In this document: piece by piece, positions 13,790-26,607 of the stretch
Position numbering within the stretch: position 1 is the first letter of the stretch
Layout of the letters: the number at the start of each line of letters is the position of its first letter
Assembly (NCBI GenBank): GCA_002633005.1
Contig: NMRA01000003.1
Coordinates: 324,129-388,128, forward strand
Direction of reading: 5' to 3'
DNA from: Phoronis australis
Taxonomy: Eukaryota; Animalia; Phoronida
DNA length: 64,000 nucleotides
Made by a program: the position numbers and the translations under genes
The notes under the pieces: generated by a model
What the model saw: only the letters and a program-made list of their open reading frames with translations
Database searches by the model: none
Told to the model about the DNA's origin: nothing

Positions 13790-15100
13790 GTTTAAACAAG
13801 CAATAAACAGATAGTGGCAGGATGAATCACCAGTATGGTAGAGCAAGTAAAAAAAAATAAAATTGCCACTAGGGAATACAGCAGTAATCCGATCCCTCTG
13901 AAAGTTCTTTTTATCCATTGTCACGTTCCTAAAAGTACACCAGTCAAATTTAACAAAGTAAAAAACATACTCTTTTTTAAAATTGCCATCAGGTGGTGCA
14001 GAATACATCAAATCCGTCCAATCACGTGAAGGCGTCATCTGCTCTTAAATAAAAACCCATTAGCTAAATCTCAAGCAAATCCATCAAGGAAGTCCAAATA
14101 TACGGAGGCAACTAAAAACAAGAGCAACGTGGAGCATTGAAATGCACCCACGAATGTATCATGTATCGCAAATGTTGTGCTTTTAGGGATATTTATTTGT
14201 ATCATAAAAATGGCCACTACTTGGCGCAAAAATGTACAATCCATCCAAAAATGGGAACATGCTATATTTCATAAAAATCTGTCAAGAAACTTCAGAGAAA
14301 CAAAGGAAAACAGAAGAAAATGAAATTGCCACTTGTGGGCACAGTGTCCATTCCATCCGCCTGAATGTCGTCGTCTGTTATCTTCATATAAATTCACATA
14401 CTAAGCAATAATAAAGATCCTGCAGTGGGTTTTGGAGATACAGCTACGGGCACAAAACAAAACATAACTACCTCTAGGAAGCGCCACAGTAGTCAGTCAG
14501 CATCATAAAACGTCCTCTTCACACTGAAAACAATTTGTACGCCAATTTTCAAAACCATCCCTAGAATGTTTTGGTTGATCGAGGGGTGGATGCCAAACTC
14601 AAGATTTGAAAACAGCAAAAATGGCCACCAGGTGGTGCAAAATATCTCAATTCCATCCAAAAACAGGATGATAGTGTCATCTCACCAATAGATGCCTATA
14701 TTCAAAATTTTATGAAAATCTGTTGAGGAACTTTGAAGATAAGACTGGTAAACGTAAAAAATTAAAATTGCCACTAGGGGGCACACCAGAAGTCAGATCC
14801 GTCCGAAAGTCGTCATCGTCCATTGTCAACATCATATAAATATACTTGCTAAATTAAGTAAAAATCTTGCAAACGGTTTAATAGATACAGCCACGAGCGC
14901 AAAAAAACTGTCACTAGGAGGCGCCACAGTAGTCAAACTCGTCGGAAAATCGTCGTCAGCCGTCGACCCACTTCATAATAAAAACATACATGCAAATTTT
15001 CACAATTATATTGAATTTCTTATCTGCCGGTAACTGCACCGCATTCCAGCATATATCTTATCTACCGGTATTTATAAAAATGTGGGCGCATAAAAAGAAA
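13790..15100 (+). mobile_element. HINE/Helentron-like non-autonomous element with internal ~140-bp repeats
   Basis: Units containing GCCAC(T/C)AG(G/A)NGGCNC and AAATTTCATGAAAATC-like segments. Internal AACAAGAGCA motif near 14117 and ATGTGGGCGCATAAAAA end. Homologous to 22400-23952 and 59960-60636. Confidence 0.65.
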
Positions 15101-15203
15101 AAGGGTAGCCACGGCTGCCACTGGACGAAACTTATCTATTTATAAAAATGTGGGCGCATAAACAGAAAAAGGGTAAGCCACGGCTGCCACCGGACGAAAC
15201 ATA
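15065..15203. repeat. Direct duplication of about 69 bp
   Basis: TATTTATAAAAATGTGGGCGCATAAA...GGACGAAAC occurs twice. Confidence 0.8.
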
Positions 15204-15439
15204 CTGCAATCCAGCACTAGAAGTTGACAAATGTTCTCTTAATGGTTCTGTTCTCGACTGCTCCCCCTCCCTATTAAGTGGGGCGGATGCACTAACCCCA
15301 ACTTCATCAAAAGGGCATTGCCCCAGCTTTCTACGCTAGGCAGAAACCATAAACCTAGTAGGGCTGCCAATGTGGGTGCATATCATAACAGGACATCAAA
15401 GCAGAGAGATATATGCTGCATAGCAGGTACAAAGAAAGA

Positions 15440-15560
15440 GGAAACAGTTTGGCTCAGTGGTTTGAACTCCGGACTTTTGTTTGGGGGACCTGGGTTCGAA
15501 CACTGACTTTACTGACTGACAAGGGAGTGAATGAGAACCTGGATATAATGTGGAAGTGAT
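15440..15560 (+). mobile_element. tRNA-derived SINE head
   Basis: A box TGGCTCAGTGG (15450-15460) and B box GGTTCGAACAC (15493-15503). No proper acceptor or anticodon stem. Confidence 0.6.
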
Positions 15561-16212
15561 TTCTGGGGCTGTGAGAAAAAAGGTACAAAGAAATCAGAAG
15601 ATCAATAGTACCGGAATATTAATGAAATAAATGCAGATCCTGTCTGGAGGGCAATGTTAGTTTATCAGTCAGTTTTTCAACAGCTAACAGGCAATATCAC
15701 TATTGGAAGTTTGCATCTCCCGCTTTTAGGATGGAAGTGCAGTGAGACGATTAGTGCCGCTGCACATCCTTTATGGCCCTGTCTGTGACAGGTAGTTTAC
15801 AGGTGTCAGTTCATCAGGAAGAGTATTATGCGTTATAGCTAAATTTACATTTCATGGTCGACTTGTTGCCAAGTCGTGCAGTATCCATTTATGTTTTTAA
15901 CTGAGGCTTATAATTTATAAGAACATAAAAACTTGACAATGCAGGATAATGCAGTCCATGCTTCATGTTTTTATCTTAAAGTTCAAAAGTGTAATGACCT
16001 AAAAGAAACAATTTTACAAAAACCAAGTTACTACCTTTTAGACAACAACTCTAGACTTAGAACAAGAAAATGAAATAGTAAAACACATGAAAACTTGACA
16101 AAACGAGGATTTTTGGAACATAAGTTCAACTTTTGATATAAAAATCACTCATTTTAACCTCATATATAAGTACAAATGTTTGGAATTGTCAGTTGTGTTT
16201 CACTAGGCAATA

Positions 16213-17204
16213 CCGTAAACGTTCGGGTTAACGCCCATGCTCAGTTAACCGCCCACCCCCTACTTTAGGTGGATTTTCGATTTAACCGCCCACTGCTCGG
16301 TTAAGCGCCCCCCTGCGATTTTTGAAGATTTCCATTTAAGCGCCCACCTCTCGGTTAAGCGCCCATCCCCGACTTTTAAAGAATGAAAATTTAGCGCCCA
16401 GTGCTAAGGAAACGCGCGATTCCCCGACTTTTAGAAAAAGATCGATGATCACAATGAGCGCAACGACGCCGGGCCTCCGAGACGGTGGTTTAGCAATGTG
16501 AATTGCAATTATACAAGTAACGAGTTATTGTCTTGGGTCATGAACTCACTTCAAAATATAATACTTGAANNNNNNNNNNNNNNNNNNNNNNNNNNNNNNN
16601 NNNNNNNNNNNNNNNNNNNNNNNNNNNNNNNNNNNNNNNNNNNNNNNNNNNNNNNNNNNNNNNNNNNNNNNNNNNNNNNNNNNNNNNNNNNNNNNNNNNN
16701 NNNNNNNNNNNNNNNNNNNNNNNNNNNNNNNNNNNNNNNNNNNNNNNNNNNNNNNNNNNNNNNNNNNNNNNNNNNNNNNNNNNNNNNNNNNNNNNNNNNN
16801 NNNNNNNNNNNNNNNNNNNNNNNNNNNNNNNNNNNNNNNNNNNNNNNNNNNNNNAATTTAATAGTGAATAACTAATCTGAGGGCATGATAACCTTTGTTA
16901 GGATCATCCGCTGTTATGACATTTTTCCCGTCATGTGGCGACGTGACGATAACGCTCTTTGAAAAGTGCTACGCGTTCCGAGTAGGCCTACGACTACGTG
17001 TGTGGTGTGGGTACTTAGATCACGAGGTAAGATTAACCGCCCAGGGCGCTTGCCTGTCGTATTAAGCGCCCATGTTCGGTTAACCGCCCACCCTGGATTT
17101 TTTGAAGTTTCACGTTTAAGCGCCCATGTCTGGTTAACCGCCCACCCCCGATTTTTTGGGTTTGCCAATTTAACCGCCCAGGGCGTTAACCCGAACGTTT
17201 ACGG
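16213..17204. mobile_element. Non-autonomous CCGTA-terminated TIR transposon (TA TSD) spanning an assembly gap
   Basis: 24-bp TIR CCGTAAACGTTCGGGTTAACGCCC at both ends with TA flanks. Subterminal TTAA(C/G)CGCCCA repeats. Same family as 28059-30220. Confidence 0.85.
16570..16854. other. Assembly gap
   Basis: Run of N. Confidence 1.
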
Positions 17205-19254
17205 TAATTCACATGGCATTGCCAGTATTTGTGACTGGTGCACTCCACTTCCAACGGAGTTTACAGCCAGGAACAATACGAAAAAATTCTCCAGTTTGAG
17301 ACAATCTCTAAAACTTGAGACACTGAAATTCAAGAAAAAATGAATTTTCTTGATTCTGAAGAATCAGGAACATGGGTAATTTGGCATTCAACATGTTTCT
17401 CAAATATTGGAGACTGCATTTTTTACCAACAAAGTTCGAGATACATTCATGGAAAATAGCTGCCAAAACAAAATTTGACTTTCTTGAATTTAGGATGACC
17501 AATATTGGCTATTTCTAAAATCTGGTATAAGTTCCAAACTCGAGCAAAATTTTTCAGTGTCCAAAACTGGAGAATTTTTACAGCAAGTAGAGGTGCTTTT
17601 TAACAACAGAGAGACCAACAAATTCTCGCCATCTAGTATGCACTCTGCCATTACAGTCCCACAGATAAGCAGGTAAAAACTGCAAGGAAAAAGAACAAAA
17701 TGCAAAATACCGGAAACATTGGATCCTGTCCTACATGACAAAACAGTCTTAGATACATGCATCACAATTTGGTGACACTTAAAACAATTGCTTATTTTTT
17801 GTTTCACAAAAAGCTGCAGTTTTCAAGCAAACTACTCATATCTCTGAGTCTTCTGTCTGTTGTCAACTTGATCAAATTGTTTTAAATGTCTTCATCAACC
17901 TTCCAATCATTCACCCTCTATCACCCTGGTTTTCTGGTTTCCCAACCAATATTAAACACCGCCTCAAACAAACAAATAAACCAAGCAGCCTACCAAGCTG
18001 ATGGATGTATTAATATCTGACACAGGTCCAAATGCATCCATTTGCACCTTCCATACATTGTAGACAATAATTTCACCCCAAAGAAATTATGACTCCAAAG
18101 AGATGGCGCTGTGAAAGAGTGTAGGAATGTTTTCAGAAATCATGAACCTTCATGACAAAATTAGGAGCATCTGAAATTTGAAGAAAGATTAACCACAATT
18201 TTTTTGTCTATAATTGGTGACATTTTCCATGCAGCAATCTTATCTGAAAAAAGGCAAGAACATAAAATAATTCATTATTTAATGAAAAAATTTAGTTACG
18301 TAAAAAGAGTTAATATGGATAAACAGTGACTGAATAGAACTATAATTCAATACACATGTACTAAACGTAAACATTGTATAGTTTTAGATTAACCAAAGTA
18401 ACTGAAATAAAAGTTGTTGACAACAGTACAAATAAATGAAATATTTCTGTAACAGCCTTTGTACCTGCTCAAAGACTTCTTGGGGACATCACTTTAGAAA
18501 AAGATATAATAAACCATGCTGAGACATGCTCAAATATTTGACAAGTTAAAGTGATAGATATTGAAAAGCTAGCTTTCTCTACTAAGTATCACACAAACAC
18601 CACACTGCATCACAGAATACAAGGTTTCCAAATTTATCAAACTGAAACACCTGATGGTTCCCAACACAAGACGATTACATATCCTCTTTCCTCAACACTT
18701 GACACAGTGCATCCAGTTTATGTGGTAATTAAGGTACTTAATTGCAACAAGTTCTTCAGAGTGTTTACTCCATAATGTCAAAAATTAATGATAAAAAACA
18801 TGAATATGATAACATAAAAAGCAAGCATACATACGCTAAAATCTCAACCAATTTAGGACACAACATGCTGGACATGTTTATTTTCTTATTTCTTCATAAA
18901 TGATACACACCAGAATACTTGGCCATACCTAACTTCTGCATCGCGGCAACCAACAGAAAATATTTTGAAAAATTGTAGGCATTTACATCAATGTTAGAAG
19001 CCTTGAAAAACGAAAAAAGTGCAGTTTTGGCTATTCTTTTGGCCTAAAATTTATCATTTAAGATACACTGTATGACTTCAGTGTTACATCAAGTTAGTAT
19101 ACAGTGAATTATTTGTTGCGACATAAGAATGAAACGATGAATTTTTTTTCTTAATCAAAAATAACCGTGTATTTTTTTTATTAATTTAGCCATAGTATAT
19201 CATAATTAACAACAGTTGTTAAAATGTGCAATTCCATGAGCAAAGCACAGTTAA

Positions 19255-19695
19255 CATTTGATAAATTATCTGTAACAGTGCCTTTGATAGACAATAATGG
19301 AACACATAAAGTCATAGAGTTCCCAAACAAATTATCTGAAACAGTGAATACAGAAACTAATAGACACAAACGAAATACACAGAGTCCTAGGGTTCCCAAA
19401 CAAATTATCTGAAACAGTGAATACAGAAAATAAATAGCGACACAAATGGAATACACATAGTCACAGAATTCCCAAACAAATTATCTGAAATGGTGAATAC
19501 AGAAAATAAATAGTGACACAAATGGAATACACAGTCATAGAATTCCCAAACAAATTATCTTAAATGGTGAGTACAGATAAAACTAGACAATAATGGAATG
19601 TTCACCAGTCATGTTCACAAACAACTTATCTGAAATGGTGGCTACATATGATAAATAGAACATTATGGATTATATACAGTTCACAAACAAATTAC
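19255..19695. repeat. Minisatellite, unit about 70 bp
   Basis: CCCAAACAAATTATCTGAAA(C/T)(A/G)GTGAATACAG repeated about six times, degrading at the edges. Confidence 0.85.
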
Positions 19696-20145
19696 TCTTT
19701 TTATTCCAACAACATTTTTAAACATTTTTACAACAGAATGAGGTAATGAATAAGTTTTATTATTTTACAAGGGTAAAATCTGTGGCTGCTCTTTAGACTG
19801 GATAATTTGCTTTAAAAACAGAAAAAAAGTTCTATAGCGGACAGGGACAGATGACCTTGGATGCACCTCTGCTGAATACCAGTAAATGCGTAACATTATC
19901 TTTACTATAAGAAAGAAAAACAAAGTGAACAAGGGATACCCCTATCTGCTGATATCTATGGGACAAGCTTGTGACCGTTTCCCCAAGGGGGATTCACCAA
20001 TTGCAAATTTAAATTGATTGCAAGGTTACAAGCAGTGACCTCAGACAAAAGAAAGGCCAAACAAAACTTTCACCTGTGTATGCAATGTCATGGGAAATAC
20101 CTGCAAAACAGCATTAAATCAAGTCTCACAAGGTTTAGCTAGCTT

Positions 20146-20355
20146 CCATTCAGTAATGCTAGGACCTCGCTAAAAAGCAAGACTTCGCGAGATTACGTGA
20201 GATGTTGCCATATATATCAAATGAGAACACGTGACTTAGGCTAGATTTTAGCTAGGTCCTAGCGTAGGTCCTAGCGTAGGTCCAAGCATAGGTCCAAGCA
20301 TAGGTCCTAGCGTAGGTCCCAGCGTAGGTCCTAGCGTTATTGAACGCACGCCTGG
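20146..20355. mobile_element. MITE containing a 12-bp tandem array (TAGGTCCTAGCG x7, 20253-20336)
   Basis: Imperfect TIRs TTCAGTAATGCTAGGACC / GGTCCTAGCGTTATTGAA. The 5' part matches the reverse complement of 61720-61805. Confidence 0.65.
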
Positions 20356-22399
20356 TCTAACAATTAGGCTGAGCACCACCTCGAACAAGAAAATATTGAG
20401 TGGTCAGTAGGAAGAGAACCAATGATAAGGAAACACCACTGAGCCATTCTGTGTTATAAAATGGAAAGCAACCATTTTTGATGTTATCTTTCCTTACCAG
20501 ATGCATCCATCACCACTGCACTGCAAACAGTACGTTTCTAAGGGTGTTTATTAGTATCGTGAAATTGGCCACTAGGTGGTGTGGAATAAGTTGAACCCAT
20601 CAAAATTGGGAAGATGTCATATTCCTAATACATAGATAACTAACTGCCAAATTTCAAAAAAAAATCTGTTATGGAATTCTAAAGACACAAAGACAAATGT
20701 CAAAAAATCTAATTACCACTACCAGGTAGACTCTACAGATGGTGCCACAGGCAAAGGGGTAGTTAGGTCAGTTCAAAAGAAGTTATCTTCTGTTGTCAAC
20801 TGAGTTCACATGCCAAAATTCATAAAGATCCAGCAAAGAGTTTAGGACACATATCCAGATGTAAAACTGGCAAAAAGGATGTCAGAATAAAAAGACTATG
20901 TGGATAATTTCGTCCTTACACTGGTCACTGCTCTGATTTCCTAAGCCCCACTGGCAGACAACTTTTATGTCTATTCAGCACACCCTTTCTATTGATGTAG
21001 ATCTGAGCTAATGAAGTGGAAAGCCAATAGCTAGCACTACTTTCTTAACAATATTACAAAAAGACTAAAAAGTTAATTTGCTTTGATCTTGACAAAGGGC
21101 CACTTCCCAAAGGAACATTGGTTTTAAATATGTTTCATACCTGTTTTCATTACTTTATTTTAATACTCCTGTCTAGTTGTTTTTTTTTTTACCAGTTAGG
21201 GTTGCTATCTTTTTATTTTTTGTTTAACCAAAGTATCAAAACAACTTGGAAGTCAGTTAATTGTGAACCTATCCCTGAATTTTCCAGATTACAGCTATCC
21301 CAAACATGTCACAGCAAACAAAACTACACATGCCATTAGTTCAAATTCAATCTTTATTAAAACTCATATCATAAAATATATACAAAAGTGCAAAAATGGC
21401 GATAGCCAAACTGAAGATTTGGAACCTCTGGACAATTTTGGTTGCAGTAACTACATAACTATCCTAGCTTTTCCACAGTCACAAAAATGAAATCACAGCT
21501 CTTGCCCACCGACCAACCTCATCCAATGCTTGCACTTTTCATTGACTACACTACAGTAGCCATCTTAGTTGTCTTCACGGGTGTTCCATTACAACTACAA
21601 GCTAACTATCGAAATTGGTGCATTTCCGAGAATAGTAGTTTTCCGGTTATTGTACTACGGTACTCCTGGAGTAAAGTAGTTTGGCATGCACTGGGCCATA
21701 AGTGATGTTTTAAAAGTTATTGACTTCTAATTTAGTCACTGTATATTGTTTATAGATGTTTCAATGTAGCATAGTTATAAATTAAAAGAATAATCCACGT
21801 GACATAGGGTTTGTAAATCACCGTGTATATCAATATGCACAGTCGTTTATCTTCAATCGTACCCAATGTTTGTAGTTTTTAGCTTATAAGTTCATCGATT
21901 TTTTAAAATCGAAAACCATACTTGGTTGTTTTTTCCAGATGAATACCGCGTGGTGTTCGTTTTTAACGAAATCTACTGGTTAATGCATTTTGAAAATTCG
22001 CCAGTATGTACAGGCAGAGATGTTTACTACAGTTTATGGTCGGGTAATTACACTTAATTGGGTCTTGCTCGCACTGGACAATGCGGTCATCGCAACTGAG
22101 TCTGACTCTGGCGCCACACTCTCTTTGATCGAGGTAAAAGCCGCTCAGAAGGACGAGTGGTGAAAAGTCACGCATATCTTTAGAAATGCGTGACTTTTGT
22201 GTAAGCGCATTATTCACGACATGCCCATCTGAAAATCAATGTTAGTTGTGCTCTTGTAAGTAAGAATATGTCTGCCAATTTTCATAATGATGCTCTGAGC
22301 AGTTTGGCATATAAATGGTACATTTTGGAGGTCCGCCAAATTCGGACACCACAAATATCTTGTTCCGCGATATTCGACCAACAATGAGCTTGTTCTATT

Positions 22400-23952
22400 A
22401 TAATTAATTTTGAGTGTCCTAAGATTGCGCGATTTTACCGTACAAAGGCAGACAACAAAAACTAGAAAACAATAAAAAATGGCCACTAAATGGCGCAGAA
22501 TAAGCAGGTGTCTGTCTGAAAATGGGAAGGTGTCCCCTATGTGTCAAATTTCATGAAAATCATTGAACGTGAAATAAATTAAATTGCCACTAGGGGTACT
22601 GAGGAAGTCAGATCCACAAGAAAATCCTCGTTCTATGTTGTCACATCCATAAAAAATGTTACCAAATTTCCCAAACATCCTGTAAGGAATTAATGAGATA
22701 CAGTTGAGGATGCAAAAAAAATTTAGTAAGGTGTGCCATAAAAGTTGGATCTGTTTGAAAATCTAAGTAAAGCGCAGCCCTCTTCACAATAACACAAGAG
22801 CACCCCAGAGCGTTGAAATGCGACCAAGAATGCACCAAAAATGGTGTGCTTTTAGGGGTGTTTATCTGTATCATAAAAATGGCCACTAGATGGCGCAAAA
22901 TACGTCGAATCCATCTGAAAACGGAAAAAAGCCATCGTTCTTTAATAGTCAGAAAGCTATTTATTGAATTTCACAAAAATCTGTAAAGGAACTTCAAAGA
23001 AACAGAGGAAAATGGGAAAAAATGAAGTTGCCACTATGGGGCACAGCGTTCGTCAGATACGTCTGAAAGTCGTCGTCGTCCGTTGTCAACTTCATATGAA
23101 TACATTTGCTAAATTTAATTAACACCCTGCAGAGTGTTTAGGAAATACAGCTATGGGTGCAAAAAAAAACAAAGCTGCCACCAGGAGGCGCCACAATAGC
23201 CAAAGTCGTCAGAAAATCGTCAGCCCTCCTCTTCATGTTAGGAACAATCATCCTTAGAGTGGTTTGGTTGCCAGAAGAGCAGATGCCGAAAAACAGACTC
23301 GAAAATAGTAAAAATGGCCACTAGGTGGTGCAAAATACATCGAATTCAACCAAAAACCAGAGGATAGCGTCACCTCACTAATAGATGCCTATTTACTAAA
23401 TTTTATGAAAATCCGTTGAGAGCCTTTGAAGATACAGAGGTAAACGTAAAAACAAACTGCCACTAGGGGACGCACCGATAGTCCGATTCGCTCAAAAATA
23501 TGCCATCCTCTCCACAGTAAGAACATATATGCCACTTTTCAAAATCATCCCTCGAGCAGTTTGATTGACAGAAGGGCAGACGCCAAAAAACAATAAAAAT
23601 GGCCACTAGGTGGCACAAATCATATTGAATACATTCGAAAACAGGAGGATAGCGTCATCTCACTAATACATGCATAACTGGCTAATTTCAAGAAAATCTG
23701 TTGAGGCCTTCCGAAGATACAGAGGTAAGCATAAAAAACTAAAATTGCCACTAGGGAGCGCACCTGTAGTCAGACAGGTACGAAATTTGTCGTCATCCGT
23801 CATCAGCTTTATTGGAACATGTGTGTCAAATCTAATCAAGATCTTGTAAGGGGTTTAGGAGATACAGCTGTGGACGCCGGACACCTAACGATGGACACCC
23901 GCACAGAGATGATGGCAATATGCGACCACATATAAATATGTGGGCACATAAA
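22400..23952 (+). mobile_element. HINE/Helentron-like element with ~144-bp internal tandem repeats, each with a CTCF-like motif
   Basis: CCAC(T/C)AG-type motifs at 22883, 23031, 23178, 23318, 23460, 23603 and 23748. Terminal hairpin CCACATAT-AA-ATATGTGG at the 3' end. Confidence 0.7.
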
Positions 23953-26607
23953 TATGCTATTTTCATACTGATACTTCAAGCTATTTGGCAGATAGAGGGG
24001 CAAAAGCTAAAAATCAAGACTTGTAAATAATAGAAATAGCCACTAGAAATTGATGTCACTAAATGGTCAAGCAAACGGCCCATATCTTCGTTCTGCACTC
24101 ACATTCAATTAGCAAACATGAATAACCAACGCAGACTGTGTTCATTAGTCGAACGTTGCGTTTGCTCAAGGGCAGTGAAAGCAGAATCAAGATGCGAATC
24201 TTTTTCTGGGCAGTTTACATCAATTCCTATTGTTGTATGGACAGTAAATCCACACCAGAGCAACAGTAATTAATGTCAAAAAAAAACAAGGAGCTGCACA
24301 AAAAATGGTTGCTTTCACCTTTAATGAGAATTATGTTCTCCCTCGCCAAGCTCATAAACTACAAAGATGCATACTTTTTGAAGCCAAACCTACATCATTC
24401 CTGTTACACGGGGGGAAGATTGAAGTACTTCAGTCGAGTGGATATGCGAGGTGGAGCTACAAAACAGAGCAAATTTTTCTTTTTTGTCACAATGGCACAA
24501 TGTTACATATACATTTTCACTAAAAACCTGCAAATATCACCGTGAAAGGACAGTTGAAAAGTTAAAAAAATGAAATGGTAGATAATTTTTCAAAATTTTA
24601 ATGAAGGTACATTGCCAGACAGAGAAATATAGGGTGTAAATTTTGTGGTGACTGATGCTAAGCACATCCTTCAAGGGCTTGTGGTAATCAGTAACTCTCG
24701 AAATCTCCATCCCCAGTCATCATATCTTCTCCAGTGTCTGTCACTGATTATCCCCCCCTGACAGTATAGAACTGCTTGACAACTAATCTAGGCCAACTGG
24801 AAGGAGTCTCCTCACCCAGTCCAAGCTGCTGTACATCATGCAATGACATTATATTCTTCCGTTAGATTGTTGGATTGTTCAGGACAAAAAAGAGCAATTT
24901 AAAAATTTGACAAATGGTTAAAAAGACATAATTCCTTTACATAATCGAAATTAATTATGGATAAGATGGTTACAACTTCCAAAGCGAACACACATATTCT
25001 AGTAATTTTTGTTTTCAAGCACATTAGTAACCAGCTTTCCTTATTCAAGTAAAGGATGTAGTTTTGATGAAATGAATTCAATTTGATTTCACTCACTTCT
25101 ACCTACATAGAACATCCATATCTGAAGCATTTATTTACAGTATCAAGAACCTGCACCTTGACAATGCCTTTGCCAATATATTATTTGTGTATGTTAGCAA
25201 CACATTTTTTGTTTTAAAATCAATTAGTACCAAACACTTAACTACCTTCTGCGGCTTCTATCTTAATCACATGGTCCTCTCATAGACTTGGAAAAGACAC
25301 AGTGAAGCTCTTGTAAAAGAAGCCCGATATTTGTTGAGAAAACGAACAGAACAAAAACACATGATATAATACATATATTCCAGCAAATTCAATCAGAACA
25401 TACATCATCGTCAGAGAAGAAAAATTTAAAAATGAACTGGATGAGGTAAAAACGTATAGAAAGGTGTGAAAAACACAAATTGTTAACATCCAAAACCGCA
25501 CAGCAACATTTAATCTGATCAGTGGACAGAGGTGGATATTCTTGGCTCACCTAAGATATTCAAGTATTGATCCAGACAGGGTGTGTACAGAACCTCTGGA
25601 GTCCCTCTACAAACACAGTTCTTTTACCTGCACTCAAGCCTAGCAGCAGGTTTCATATTATTACTACACAGATTTGCCGCAGGCTAGGCAATTACAGTGC
25701 AAGTGTACACATCTAGGAAAACCCAATTTACTCATACCAGTACCAAAACAGGATTTATATTGAACACACTCAGTTTCTGATATGGCCAGCCAGATAGCTG
25801 TATGAAGACTATCCTATATGGGCGGCGCAGCACTGAAAAAAATAGGGGGGCTATAGCCCCAATGGTGCACTGCCCATAGGCAATTACATCACCCTCGATG
25901 CCGCAGGCACACAGAGGCGATCGGACATCCCCACAAAAAGTTACGAATTTCAAATTACAGGAAATAAAATCAAATGAAACATGCATATATGCACATGGAA
26001 TTATAATTAACATATACCACATGTTTGGAGACGATTCAGTCAAGATAATTTGAACAAATGGATGAAAATCTGTCGCGGTTTGCTCGAGTTTCTTTAACCG
26101 GGTGCCATTTTGAATAAGTTAAATGAAATCACATATGTTGACGAATAAAAAGTCCAAGAGACACAAACCTTACAAATTTCACCTGACACCTTCCCATGTT
26201 ATTTTGCCAAGTGTCACGCGCCAGCGTCACGCGCTTTGCACAGTCTCGCGAAAGCCTTTGCCTAACTCGCATGACTCAATTGAAATACTTTGTGGTTATC
26301 GCACGTGTGGTGAAAAAGTTAACGATGAACAAAAAGTGGAGTTGGAATTCTTCCCCAAAGTTACCTTAATTCTTGTAGCTATACTTCGTCAAAGATATGT
26401 GTAGAAGTAGAATAGAACACAGAAGAAAGTAAGGGCTTTTTTAAGTCATAGAATGTATTTTTGACGAGGTGAAAACTCTCAATCAGTGACCAGATTTGGC
26501 CTACCGCTTGTTTAAATTACATGGGACGAAATTCGTACAGAAAGCAATGGGAAGTATTGTAGCCCCTAACTGGCCAATCGAAGGGCTACATGTTGCCTAC
26601 ACCGCCC

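Noticed and set aside
15450-15505. tRNA gene calls here, at 39431-39498 and at about 58034-58060
   Set aside because: Pol III boxes are present but the cloverleaf stems do not form; these are SINE heads or fragments.
18465-21007. Joined micro-exons read through one TGA, suggesting a selenoprotein
   Set aside because: The peptide is unrecognisable, has no redox motif, I found no SECIS, and the exon set itself is hypothetical.
24686-24750. Possible box C/D snoRNA on the minus strand (internal ATGATGA, terminal CTGA, terminal stem)
   Set aside because: No proper 5' C box, the CTGA is fully paired in the stem instead of forming a kink-turn, and I recognised no rRNA complement. A snoscan run would settle it.
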